Shown here in pieces: positions 19,278-29,200 of a stretch of 64,000 nt of DNA. This DNA comes from Thermoplasmata archaeon (lineage in GTDB: Archaea > Thermoplasmatota > Thermoplasmata > Lutacidiplasmatales > UBA184): the NCBI GenBank assembly GCA_022749935.1, contig JAKIWQ010000004.1:2286-66285 (forward strand), read 5' to 3'. Position numbers and translations under genes: made by a program. Within the stretch, counting starts at the first letter, position 1. Every line of letters starts with the position of its first letter. The notes beneath the pieces are model-generated. The model was not told where the DNA came from, made no database searches, and worked only from the letters and a program-made list of their open reading frames with translations.

Positions 19278-20456
19278 TCAGGACTTCTTCGGAGACGACC
19301 GGAAGGGCAGGGCCACGACTCGGGCGGGGACGTCCCGGCCCCGGATCGACACCGTCACGTCCGACCCCAGCACCGCGTGCTCCCGAGGGAGATAGGCGAG
19401 CGCGATCCCGTGGTGGAGGGAGGGGGAGAGTCCTCCGCTGGTGGTCTCCCCGAGCGCGGTCTCGCCGACCCGCACCGGGGTCCCATGGCGGGGGATCGCA
19501 TCTTCTTGTACCACCTCGAGGCCCACCAACCGCAGCGCCGGCCCCTCGGCCCGCTGTTTCTCGAGCGCCTCTCGACCGACGAACTCGTGACCGAAATCGA
19601 CGAACCGTTCCTGGCCGGCTTCGAGGGGGGTGTGGTCCCGGTGGAACTCCTGTCCCGAGAGAAGGAATCCCTGCTCGAGTCGGAGCATGTCCCGGGCCGC
19701 CAGACCGCAAGGCACCGCGCCCGCCGCGACGAGCCGCTCGGCCCACGCGTCCGCCTCTTCGGCCCGAAGGAGGACCTCGTACCCCAGCTCGCCCGTGTAC
19801 CCGGTGCGGCTGACGAGGAGGAACTCTCCGAGTCCTTCCGCGAGGGAGAGGCCGAGGCGTCCCCGGAGGTCCGGAGCGCCGGTCGCCCGGGGAAACCACG
19901 CGGTGTGGTAGTACGCGAGGCCGGAAAGGTCCCATCCGAGCGTGCGTTCCAACACCTCGCGCGATTGGGGACCCTGGACCGCGAGCAAGGCCGTCTTCGG
20001 GTTCCAGCGGACGATCTTCGTGTCGGGCAGGCGGTGCTGTCGGAGGATCTCCTCGACCTCGTCGGCCCGGGCCGCGTTCGGAACGGCCAGGTATTCCCGC
20101 GAGAGGTCGGTGCCGTCATCCAGCCGGGAGACGAGCAGGTCGTCCACGATCCCGCCGGCCGTCTCGAGGAGGAAGGTGTACCGGACCTGCCCCGGGGCGA
20201 GCTTCCCGACGTCCGCGGTCGTCCGTCGGCCCAGGAGCTCCGCCGCATGGCCTCCGGACAGCGAGAGGATCCCCATGTGGGAGACGTCGAACAGACCGAC
20301 CGACTGCCGAACCGCGTCGTGCTCGGCGAGGATGCTGGTGTAGTACAGAGGCATCTCCCATCCGGCGAACGGGACCGGGTGCGACCCGTGGCGGGCGTGA
20401 AACGCAGCCAGAGGGGTTTGGTGGAGCACGACGCGCGGAGTCGCGGCCGGGATCAC
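19278..20456 (-). CDS. gcvT: Glycine cleavage system T protein
   Basis: FAGWEMPLYY, EHDAVR, LFDVSHMG, SRTGYTGELGYE, GLAARDMLRLE. Confidence 0.93.
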   Translation of the reverse strand: MIPAATPRVVLHQTPLAAFHARHGSHPVPFAGWEMPLYYTSILAEHDAVRQSVGLFDVSHMGILSLSGGHAAELLGRRTTADVGKLAPGQVRYTFLLETAGGIVDDLLVSRLDDGTDLSREYLAVPNAARADEVEEILRQHRLPDTKIVRWNPKTALLAVQGPQSREVLERTLGWDLSGLAYYHTAWFPRATGAPDLRGRLGLSLAEGLGEFLLVSRTGYTGELGYEVLLRAEEADAWAERLVAAGAVPCGLAARDMLRLEQGFLLSGQEFHRDHTPLEAGQERFVDFGHEFVGREALEKQRAEGPALRLVGLEVVQEDAIPRHGTPVRVGETALGETTSGGLSPSLHHGIALAYLPREHAVLGSDVTVSIRGRDVPARVVALPFRSSPKKS

Positions 20457-21622
20457 GTCACGACCTCTGCCAGCCGACCGGTGTCGGCGGCCCTACGAAT
20501 TTCGAGCGCGATCCGTCGCCCGGTGCTCATCGGCCGGCGCCAGAGCGCGTTCCCGTACGGGTGACCCAGCCCGAGGTGCACGTTTGTCCCGCCCCCGATC
20601 CGGGCGGCCACGTCGAAGACGACCGGACGACCGGCGGCGTCGAGGCAGGTCTGCAAACAGAACGGCCCGAGGATCCCCGGGGGGTAGCGGCTCCGGGCCG
20701 CCTCCACGAACCGCTCGCCGAGCCGGAACACCTCCTCGAGGATCGATTCCCGGACCGTCAGGGTCCCGTGTCCGACCACCGTGAACTCGGGGATCCGATC
20801 GGTCTCGGGCAACTCCAGCTGCTGGGCCGCCGGCAACCGGACGAGTCCGTCCAGGTTGCTCTCACGTCGCTCGTCCACCCCGAGGAGTTCGAGCCCGTCC
20901 GCCCGCGGTACGAGCGGAGAGAAGAAGAAATTGAAGTTGAAGACGGGCCCGAGGACGTACCGCTCGATCCGCGCGTGTTGGAGGTCGTCTCGAGCGACCG
21001 TCCCTCGGGTCACCAACCGCTCGACCTTCGCATGGTACTCCGCCGGTGTGGCCGCGGTGAAGAACCCCCGCTCGAGTCGGCGGGTTGCGTGAGGGAGCTT
21101 CACGATCGCGAGCCCATCGATCGCCTCGGGTCCGGCGAGGGCGGCGGGCGTCGGGATGCCGGCCGACTGGAGGAGGGTGTAGTAGTTCTCGCGTTCCGTC
21201 CGTTCCTCGATCCGGAGCATGGACCGGCTCCCTACGATCGGGACTCGGAGGTCGCGCTCGATCGTGTCGAGCGAGAGGTACGAGCTCAGCGCCCGGTTCG
21301 GGATCAGCAGCGCCCCCCGGGCCCGGAGCCGCTCCTGGGACGCGGGAAGGGCGAGGTCGGAGAACTTGGGGTAGACCCAGACCTCGTCCACGCAGCCCCG
21401 CTGGCGGACGCCTGCGGAGTCGGATATCGTCCGAAAGTACCGTGCGTACGTCGCCTCCCGTCCGGACTCGGCGAGCACGAGACTCGAGAGCCCTTCCGTG
21501 ACGGCCCCGTCCGCAATGTCGATCGCCGAATGGGAACCGACGGTCGCCACGACCGGGGGCGTCGGGTACTGCTCGAGAAGGGCGCGGATCTCCTCGCGCG
21601 GGAGCCCCATCGCGGGGGGCAC
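20453..21622 (-). CDS. purP: PurP family ATP-grasp protein (formate-dependent AICAR formylation)
   Basis: ATVGSHSA, ERGFF, GPVFNFNFF, RRESNLDG, GPFCLQ, FDVAARIGGGTN, MSTGRRIALEI. Confidence 0.9.
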   Translation of the reverse strand: MPPAMGLPREEIRALLEQYPTPPVVATVGSHSAIDIADGAVTEGLSSLVLAESGREATYARYFRTISDSAGVRQRGCVDEVWVYPKFSDLALPASQERLRARGALLIPNRALSSYLSLDTIERDLRVPIVGSRSMLRIEERTERENYYTLLQSAGIPTPAALAGPEAIDGLAIVKLPHATRRLERGFFTAATPAEYHAKVERLVTRGTVARDDLQHARIERYVLGPVFNFNFFFSPLVPRADGLELLGVDERRESNLDGLVRLPAAQQLELPETDRIPEFTVVGHGTLTVRESILEEVFRLGERFVEAARSRYPPGILGPFCLQTCLDAAGRPVVFDVAARIGGGTNVHLGLGHPYGNALWRRPMSTGRRIALEIRRAADTGRLAEVVT

Positions 21623-21624
21623 CG

Positions 21625-23829
21625 TCAGAGGAGCTTAAGCGCTCGTGCCACGCGCTCGGCGGAGAGCGGCAACTCGGTCGCGTGCGCGCCGCACGCTTCC
21701 CGAACGGCGATCGCCACGGTCGCAGGGACGGGTACGATCGGCGGCTCCCCGAGCCCCTTGGCGCCGAAGGGACCCGCACCGGCAAACCCCTCTAGGAACT
21801 CGACCGTCATGGGTGGGATCTCGCCGAGCGTCGGGATCCGGTAGTCGAGCAGCCCGGCGTTCTCGAGTCGCCCGTCCTCGGACCAGATCGCCTCTTCGGT
21901 GAGCGCCGCACCGAGTCCCATCGCGACCCCACCCTCGACCTGAGCCTGGGCCGCCCCCGGGTCGACCACGACCCCCGCATCATGGAACGCAGCGTACCGC
22001 TCGACGCGCACCGCTCCGGTGGCGGGGTCGACCGAGACTTCGGCCACGTGGGCCCCTCCCGTGAAATCCGTATAGGCATAGAACGAGCCCTGGAGCACCC
22101 GACTTTCGTCGATTGCCCGGGGCGAGGCGAAGTGGCGACCCTCGGCGAGGATCCCGCCGGCAGTTCGTTCTTCGGCGGTCACGAGGGACCCGACCGAGGC
22201 CCGGTGCCCCCCGGCCTCCGCGAAGATCTCCCCGCGATCGACCGAAAGGTCGGCCTGCCCGCGCGCCCCGAGCCGCTCGGCGAGCGTACGTCGCAAGGCC
22301 ACCGCCGCTTCCTCGACCGCGTGCCCGAGGGCCCCGAGGGTCCGGCTGCCGAACACCCCCGAGTCGAACGGCGCCTTCGAGGTGTCGGAGTACTCGATCG
22401 CGACCCGCTCCCGGGGCAACCCGGTCACGCGGCACGCCACCGCGGTCAGGCCACCGAGGACGCTCCCACTCCCGATCTCTCGCGATCCCTCATGGACGAC
22501 CAGTCGGTCTCCCGACAACCGGAGTCGGACCTCACCGCCGGCACCCGTGCTCGTCGACCAGAACCCGCACGCCACGCCCACCCCGTGGCCGGGAGGGGAC
22601 TCGGCCCGCCACGCACGGGCGGTGGCCCGGGCCCGCTCGAACGCAGCGAAGATGCCGAACGGCCCGACCGGCTGTCCCAGGGGGGTCGTATCCCCCTCGC
22701 GCCAGAGGTGACTGGCGCGAAACTCCTCGGGATCGAGGTTCAGCTCGCGCGCGACGTGGTCGAGGTGCGACTCGACGGCGAACGCGCACTGGGGAGCGAA
22801 CGGGGCCCGGTGCGGTCCGAACGGCGGCTTGTGGGTCCGAACGGCGTACCCCTCAACCTCGAACGCCTCGGTCCGATACGGCCCGAGCAAGAATCCGATG
22901 GAGTACCCCGTAGCGAAATCCCGTCCCGGCAGCGAGGTCCCGACGTCGAGCAGCAGGCGCACGCGGCGCGCCCGGATCCGACCGTCCTTGACCGCGGTCT
23001 CCATCCGAATGACGGCCGGCAGCGTGGTCCGGCCCAGGCGGAACTCGTCCCGGTACCCCAACGCGAGCCGGACCGGCCGCCCCGTCGCGCGGGCGAGGAG
23101 GAGCGCGTACGGCTCGAGGAACGAACTCCCCTTCCCGCCGAACCCGCCCCCGACCCAGGTTCCGTCGACCACGATGGACGTCTCCGGGATCCCGAGGAGC
23201 GACGCGGTGTCCTCCCGAACGCCGAAGGGGCTCTGGGTGGAGGTTCGAACGTACCAGACGTCCCCACGGATCTCCGCGACGCAGGCGTGCGGTTCGAGCG
23301 CCACCTGGTGGACGCTCGCCGTACGGTAGGTCTCCCGCACGACGCGATCGGCGCCGCGGAACTCGGCCTCGACGTCCCCGTGGCGCGCCCGCACGTGGGC
23401 CGCGATCTCGGGGGCGGCGTCGGCCTCGGACCCGGGCCACTCCGGGAACCGGGTCTCGAGGTCGGCGACGATGGGGAGCGGGTCCACCTCGACGCGCACG
23501 AGCGCGACGGCGGCCCTCGCCTCGGCCTCGGAAGGCGCGGCGACCGCCGCGATCGGCTGGTTTCGGTAAACGATCTCCTCGTGCGGAAAGAGGGGACGCT
23601 CCGCATCTCTCTCCCCGGGCCCGAGGAGTCGCGCGAGGTCGTCCGCGCCGATCACCGTGACACCGGGAAGCGCCCGCGCAGCCCGCAGGTCGACCGAAAC
23701 GATCCTTCCGTGGGCGATCGGGGCCGGGACGAGGGCGGCCCAGAGCATTCCGGGGACATCGAGGTCCATCCCGTAGACGGCCGTCCCGGCGAGCTTGACA
23801 ACGGCGTCCGGCCGTACCGCGCCGCTCAC
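21625..23829 (-). CDS. Xanthine dehydrogenase/aldehyde oxidoreductase family molybdopterin-binding large subunit
   Basis: HQVALEPH, VGGGFGGKG, EIGSG, QVEGGVAMGLG, DYRIP, GAKGLGEPP (catalytic Glu); GTG start overlaps the small-subunit stop. Confidence 0.9.
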   Translation of the reverse strand: MSGAVRPDAVVKLAGTAVYGMDLDVPGMLWAALVPAPIAHGRIVSVDLRAARALPGVTVIGADDLARLLGPGERDAERPLFPHEEIVYRNQPIAAVAAPSEAEARAAVALVRVEVDPLPIVADLETRFPEWPGSEADAAPEIAAHVRARHGDVEAEFRGADRVVRETYRTASVHQVALEPHACVAEIRGDVWYVRTSTQSPFGVREDTASLLGIPETSIVVDGTWVGGGFGGKGSSFLEPYALLLARATGRPVRLALGYRDEFRLGRTTLPAVIRMETAVKDGRIRARRVRLLLDVGTSLPGRDFATGYSIGFLLGPYRTEAFEVEGYAVRTHKPPFGPHRAPFAPQCAFAVESHLDHVARELNLDPEEFRASHLWREGDTTPLGQPVGPFGIFAAFERARATARAWRAESPPGHGVGVACGFWSTSTGAGGEVRLRLSGDRLVVHEGSREIGSGSVLGGLTAVACRVTGLPRERVAIEYSDTSKAPFDSGVFGSRTLGALGHAVEEAAVALRRTLAERLGARGQADLSVDRGEIFAEAGGHRASVGSLVTAEERTAGGILAEGRHFASPRAIDESRVLQGSFYAYTDFTGGAHVAEVSVDPATGAVRVERYAAFHDAGVVVDPGAAQAQVEGGVAMGLGAALTEEAIWSEDGRLENAGLLDYRIPTLGEIPPMTVEFLEGFAGAGPFGAKGLGEPPIVPVPATVAIAVREACGAHATELPLSAERVARALKLL

Positions 23830-24302
23830 GGCCCCTCGGTTCGCAATTCGTCCACCGCTCGCACGATGGCCGCGTACCCGGTGCATCGGCACAGGTTTCC
23901 ACCGAGTCCATCGAGCAATTCCTCTCGAGCGGCCGCGGTGCCTCGTTCCTTCAAGAGTCCGGCGAGCGCCATCACGAACCCCGGGGTGCAGTACCCACAC
24001 TGGAGCGCACCGGCCCGGTCGAACGCGGCGCGCACCCGGGTCACCACGAGATCCTCGGGACCCGTCTCGATGGTCGTGAGCTTCGCTCCGTCGACCTCGT
24101 GGGTCAGGGTGAGGCACGACAGGGTCGTCCGATCGTCGACGAGGACCGTACACGCCCCACAGTCACCGGTCCGGCACCCTTCCTTCGTTCCCTTGAGGCC
24201 GAGCCGCCAACGCAAGGTGTCGAGGAGTCGCTCCGAGTCGGGGACATTGGCGAGGTGCTGGGGGTGCCCGTTCACCTGGAACCGGAGCGGAGGAGACGTC
24301 AT
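23826..24302 (-). CDS. 2x[2Fe-2S] small subunit (CoxS/XdhC-like)
   Basis: GTKEGCRTGDCGACTV, QCGYCTPG, NLCRCTGY. Confidence 0.93.
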   Translation of the reverse strand: MTSPPLRFQVNGHPQHLANVPDSERLLDTLRWRLGLKGTKEGCRTGDCGACTVLVDDRTTLSCLTLTHEVDGAKLTTIETGPEDLVVTRVRAAFDRAGALQCGYCTPGFVMALAGLLKERGTAAAREELLDGLGGNLCRCTGYAAIVRAVDELRTEGP

Positions 24303-25168
24303 GCCGGGAATCGCCCCCCGTTCACGGCCGAGCCGACGGCCCGCTCGAGGAGCGTGGCGACGAGGTGTCGACGATACTCTTCCGAGGCCCTCCGGTCGGT
24401 CACGAAGGCGGCCCGTGAGGCCGCGATCTCCGACGCGCGACGAACCTCGCTCGAGGTCGGTCGGCCGGATCCGAGCACGTCGCTGGCCTCGGGCAGGAGC
24501 GTCGGCCGCGGCGTGACGCCGCCCACGGCGACCTTCCACCGTCGCTGAGCGGGAGAGAAGGCCACGGCGACCGCGACCTGGGAGATGTCGTTGGAGGGCC
24601 GAACGCGTTGCCAAAGGAACGCCGAAGGGCGAGCCTCAGGGAGGTAGACCGAGCGCACGAGTTCGCCGGGACGGAGGTCGGTCCGGCGGGAAGCCTGTAC
24701 GAACCGGTCCACCGGGACCCGCCGGTCCCCACTGGGACCGACGAGGTCGACTTCGGCGTCGAGGGAGAGGAGGACCGGGACCAGGTCGGAGGCCGGCGCC
24801 GATCGAACGAGGTTCCCCCCGAGGGTCGCACGGTGACGCAGCGCGACGCTGCCGACCGCTCGCACCGCCTGGTAGAGGCCGGGGTACGAGACCCGCACCT
24901 GCGGGTCCTCCTCGAGGGAGCGGAGCGGCAGGGTGCTCCCCACGGTGAGCGCACCCGCATTCCAATCCAGGGTCTTCCACGGCAGGCGACGGAGCGAGAT
25001 GACCCGCCGAGGGGCGACGCGCCCTTCGTCGACGTCGATCAGGAGGTCCGTGCCCCCGGCGATCGGAGCCGCCTCTCCCGGTGCGAGCGCCTGGAGGGCG
25101 GCGACGGCCTCCTCCGCCGTCTCTGGAACGACGAGCTCGAAGGAGTTCACGGTCGCCCATCTCGGCAC
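24299..25168 (-). CDS. FAD-binding medium subunit (CoxM/XdhB-like)
   Basis: IAGGTDL, RATLGGNL, PASD, ASEEYRR. Confidence 0.92.
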   Translation of the reverse strand: MPRWATVNSFELVVPETAEEAVAALQALAPGEAAPIAGGTDLLIDVDEGRVAPRRVISLRRLPWKTLDWNAGALTVGSTLPLRSLEEDPQVRVSYPGLYQAVRAVGSVALRHRATLGGNLVRSAPASDLVPVLLSLDAEVDLVGPSGDRRVPVDRFVQASRRTDLRPGELVRSVYLPEARPSAFLWQRVRPSNDISQVAVAVAFSPAQRRWKVAVGGVTPRPTLLPEASDVLGSGRPTSSEVRRASEIAASRAAFVTDRRASEEYRRHLVATLLERAVGSAVNGGRFPA

Positions 25169-25250
25169 GGCCGCTTATCGTTTCGCGCGTCGAACCCGGC
25201 GCCAAGCCCCGGCCTTATTATCCGATGAGTGGCTGGGGCACCCACCCGGC

Positions 25251-25757
25251 ATGCCATTCGAAATCGCATTACGTTACAGCACCCCGCTGACCCCGATCCA
25301 CGACTTGGACGAGGTCCTGCGAGAGTTCCTCCGGCTCGTGGGGTACCTCCCCGAAGGCGAGGAGGGGCGGGGGGCGGAGGGCCCCGTCGCCCAGAGCCTG
25401 GCCTACCGCCTCGTGCGAGAGTGCTTTCTGCGCGACCCGTCGCGCGCGTGGTATATCGAGGAGCTGACCGCGGTGCTCAGGACGTCCAAGCCGACCATCT
25501 ACCGGCACATCAACAAGCTAAAGGCGCTCGACCTCCTCGAAGAGGTCGGAGGCGTCGCCGATGGCAAGGGGAGGAAGGGGTACCGGCTCCGGTACGGCAA
25601 CCTCGCCCGCGCCTGGGATTTTACCGAGGCGAACGCCCAGAACGCGCTGCGTCGCTACCGAGAAACGGTGAATCACTTGCAGGGTCTGATCGAGACGAAG
25701 GCTGCCGAGACTCCCCCGCCGAAGATCGCCGTACGGGAACGGGGAGGCGGACGATGA
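25251..25757 (+). CDS. Winged-HTH DNA-binding protein
   Basis: EELTAVLRTSKPTIYRHINKLKALDLLEE; TTATTAT TATA-like element at 25215-25221. Confidence 0.8.
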   Translation: MPFEIALRYSTPLTPIHDLDEVLREFLRLVGYLPEGEEGRGAEGPVAQSLAYRLVRECFLRDPSRAWYIEELTAVLRTSKPTIYRHINKLKALDLLEEVGGVADGKGRKGYRLRYGNLARAWDFTEANAQNALRRYRETVNHLQGLIETKAAETPPPKIAVRERGGGR

Positions 25758-26056
25758 GCGACACCGGGACCGCGAAGAAACCGGCCATCGCGCTGACGCC
25801 GGGCTCCCACGTCCGGGTCCGCTCGGCGGGACCGGACGACCAGGCGATCGACTCGGTCGGCCGGTTCCGGGGCCTCGTCTCGATCGGCGGCGACAACACG
25901 CTCGCGATCGAGCTCGACGGCGGCGAGGGCGAGGAGAAGGGACGGATCCGTCTCGTCCCCGTCCCCGCGCTGCTCGCGGTGGACATCCTCGAAGCGGCCA
26001 AGCCCGAAGAGGAGAAGCGGAACGACTCGAGCCAGGCGGCCGCGTACTTCCGGTAG
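25754..26056 (+). CDS. Hypothetical small beta-rich protein (~100 aa)
   Basis: ATGA overlap with the HTH gene and a GGAGG SD; beta-strand-like pattern. Confidence 0.7.
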   Translation: MSDTGTAKKPAIALTPGSHVRVRSAGPDDQAIDSVGRFRGLVSIGGDNTLAIELDGGEGEEKGRIRLVPVPALLAVDILEAAKPEEEKRNDSSQAAAYFR

Positions 26057-26066
26057 GGCGCCGGAG

Positions 26067-26167
26067 CGGGCTTGCTGGGAGTTTCGTCGCCGGGGTCGCC
26101 GGCGAATTCGAACCCAGGTCGTTGGCTTCGAAGGCCAACAGGATAGTCCAGACTACCCCACAAGCCC
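26067..26167 (-). tRNA. tRNA-Arg(UCG) with 26-nt intron in the T-loop at 59/60 (intron 26081-26106)
   Basis: Minus strand: acceptor GGGCTTG/CAAGCCC-G, D arm GGGT..ATCC, anticodon arm TTGGC-CTTCGAA-GCCAA, T arm CTGGG-TTCGAA[intron]T-CCCAG; mature 75 nt, CCA not encoded. Confidence 0.9.
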
Positions 26168-26223
26168 GCGGCCCGTCCACGGGAGGAGGGCTATTTGGAC
26201 GTTCCGCGGCGCGGCCCCGGCCG

Positions 26224-29200
26224 CTAGGGCTCGACGCTCATCGGCGAGGCGGAGGGGGGGAACTGGTCAAGGGTCCGCTGGGCGGCGGCACCGGGGAACA
26301 GCGTCGCGAGCGAGTCCGCGAGCACCTGGATCCGCTGGCGAACGTAGGGCGTGATCCCCTCGATCGAGCCGAGCCGCTGGGAGAGGGCGAGGTACTTTCG
26401 CACCGACCCTTCATACACAGTCGAGAGGAGTTCGCCATCACACCGTCCGCCGCCCGGCCGGAGCGCGACGCACCGGCTGGCGAGCGGCGGCCGGCGGTAC
26501 GAGGCGCCGCAGACCTTGCATCGAAATTTCTGCGTCGCGTAGCTCTTGAGATTTCCCATCAGGTCCGGCAGGAAGTGAGCGTTCAGGACGAGCGTGACCG
26601 CTTCCGCGACATCGACCGCCCGGATTTGGGCCGCGAGGAGGATCGAGCGCTCGACCATGTCGTTCATCGACCGGGCGTCCCGGTAGGCGGAGCGGACCGG
26701 GCCCCCCGCGATCCGGGTCGTGTCGTGCGTGAACCCGTACCCCGAGAGGGCGTGCTCGGTCCCGAGCCGGCCCGCGACCTGCTCGATCATCGCCTCGACC
26801 TCCTTGGCCGGTCGGCGGTCGGCCGCGGCCCGGTACAGGGCGAGCGGGTAGTGGTCCCCTACGTCGACGTGGTGGGCCTCCTTGTCGACCTCCGTCGCCT
26901 CGAGCCGGGTCGTGAGGACGAGCGGCTTGTCCATCAACGCGCCCCGGCTGTCCGGCAAGTACGACCGGGAAAAGTTGAGGAGGGCGTCCAGCAAGAGCGT
27001 GACCGAGTCCTCGTCCCCGTCACAGTTCCGCCGTTTCGCCGCGTGGAACACGGGGTGGGCGAAGCACGCCTCGGCGTTCGTGAACCCGATGATCCGTCCC
27101 GTGACCCCGCCCGAGGTATGCGGGGCGAGGGCGATCACGATCGCCCCGACGAGGTCCCCCGGACGGTTCGCCCGGTAGAACGGGTCGAGGTTGTAGAGCC
27201 GGAGGAGTTCGTCGTCGACGAACTGGGCGAGACGGGTCAGGTAGTCCCCGCACGTGCGGGCGACGACCAGGTCCTGCGGGAGGAGCTCGACCAACTGTTC
27301 CTCGTCGGTCAGCTCCTGGCCGAGCCAGTCGTGCGTGTACCCGAGCGCGCGCAGCGTCGGAACCGGAGTCCCGACCTCGCCCGGTCGGAAGTGGGTGAGT
27401 GGGAGGTCGGTGAGGTCGAACCGGGCCGTCCCGTCCTGGTAGACCGAGATCCCGTGGGACGCCCGGAGGATCCCCTTCTCGATGGGCTCGGGCACTTTCC
27501 CCGGCGAGGTGAGCCCCTTCACGCCCTTCACCACCGGCGTGTGCGCGATGTGGAGGCGGGCGACCGCATCGCTCCAGAGGCGGGCGATCGGGAGCGGCTC
27601 GCTGACGACCCGGCCGTCCGGCTCCGTGTGCGTCCCGCAGGTACACCGGTTCCAGACAGTGGTCCGCTGGCACGACGGACAGAGGCGGACCCCGAGGTCG
27701 ACCCGAACTCCGTCCCGCATCGTCTGACGGGCGGCCTCGGGGACCGACCGGGTCGAACCGCCGGCTGGCCCGACGGGGAACAGCGCGTGGACGTTGGGCT
27801 CCATCGTGCGCTGGTACGCTTTTTCGGGTCGTCCGACGCGTCCCCCGATCCGGGAGGGGGCCCGGCTCCCGACCGTGACGCCGGCGAGACGGCCTACGTA
27901 GACGAGCGGGTCCTCGTCGACCGGGTCGATGTCCCGCTGCCGGGACAGGAGGCCTTCCGACACCTCGAGACCGAGACCGCCCACGAGGGCGTCGCTCGGG
28001 TCCGGCTCCCCGCGCCATCGGTCGGGGCCGCAGGGACCCATCAGGAACCCGAGCCGGATCAGGACCTCTCTCCAGCCCGGATCGTGCGGAAGCTCGAGGG
28101 CTCCGTCGCTCCATCGGCCCGTCCTCTCGACGAACTCGGAGAGCGCCCGGATCTCGCCGGGGGAGAGGTCATGCCAGAAGAGGAGCCAACGGGGGTGCAG
28201 GGGAACTCGGAATGTTCGGGAGGTCCGGACCGCGTCCTCGTACGAGGTCGGCGCGATCGCGACCGGGTCGGCTCCGGCGGCCAGGAGTTCCTCGACGTGC
28301 CAATCGAGCGAGTACGCCCCCGGGGCGAGGGGCCGGTTGTTCTCGAGGAACTCCCCGTAGCTGACGAGGATCTCACCGAGGTCGATGATCCGGCGAACTC
28401 GGGGCAGGAGGTCCGTGGCCCGGGCGGCCTCATGCACCGCGGTCAGGGTCCCGTCGTCGAGTTCGACGATCGGTCCCTCGATCGTGTCGCAGACTCCCAT
28501 CGCCGTCGCCTTGCCGGGGTACTCGAGCTTGACCTGCGTCCCCACGGCGACGAAATGTTGGAGGATCACCATCGTGGCCGGGTTGAGCGCGCACGCGGCG
28601 AGACCGGTCGTGCGGGCGCGTCCGTAGACGAGCCGGAACCCGCCGGGATGGCTCGGATGGGCCAGGACCGGTCGGCCCCCCACCGAATCCTGAAGGTACT
28701 TCGGAGTCTGGGCGTCGTCGTCGTCTACGGCATGGTGGCCGAGTTGTTCGAGGAACTCCCAGCCGTCCAGCCCCAGTTTGTCGACGATCCGCCGGAGCTT
28801 CGCGGCCTTCTGACAGAGTCCCTCAGCGATGACCAGGCACGCACCCCCTCGGATCCCGTTGGTCGGCACTCGGGCCAGGTTGCGAAAGGCGCTGACCTCG
28901 GCGTCGCCCTCGGTGGACTCTCCGGAGATCGAAACGGGGACGTTCTCCACGACGAGGGCGATCTCCTCGGCCGTCGGCACGTACTGGAGGTGCTGGTGGT
29001 ACTTGTACAACGGGATCTCCTCCTTGTATCGCTCGACCTCCGTGCGGTCGGGGCGGAACCGGGCGAGCCCGAGGTCGCGGCGGACGATGTCGGCCAGGAG
29101 CACGCTCAGGGCCTGCGCCGTACCGCCCGCCGCCCGGATCGGTCCGGCGTAGTACAGCTCGATGTACTGCCCTCCCGGTCCGTCCCGAACGTGGACCTCA

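Noticed and set aside
21625-25168. Aerobic CO dehydrogenase (coxMSL form I)
   Set aside because: Lacks the AYxCSFR Cu-binding loop, and no cox accessory genes are nearby.
26067-26224. tRNA as an integration site for a mobile element
   Set aside because: No duplicated tRNA 3' end and no integrase in the window; the flanking genes look chromosomal.
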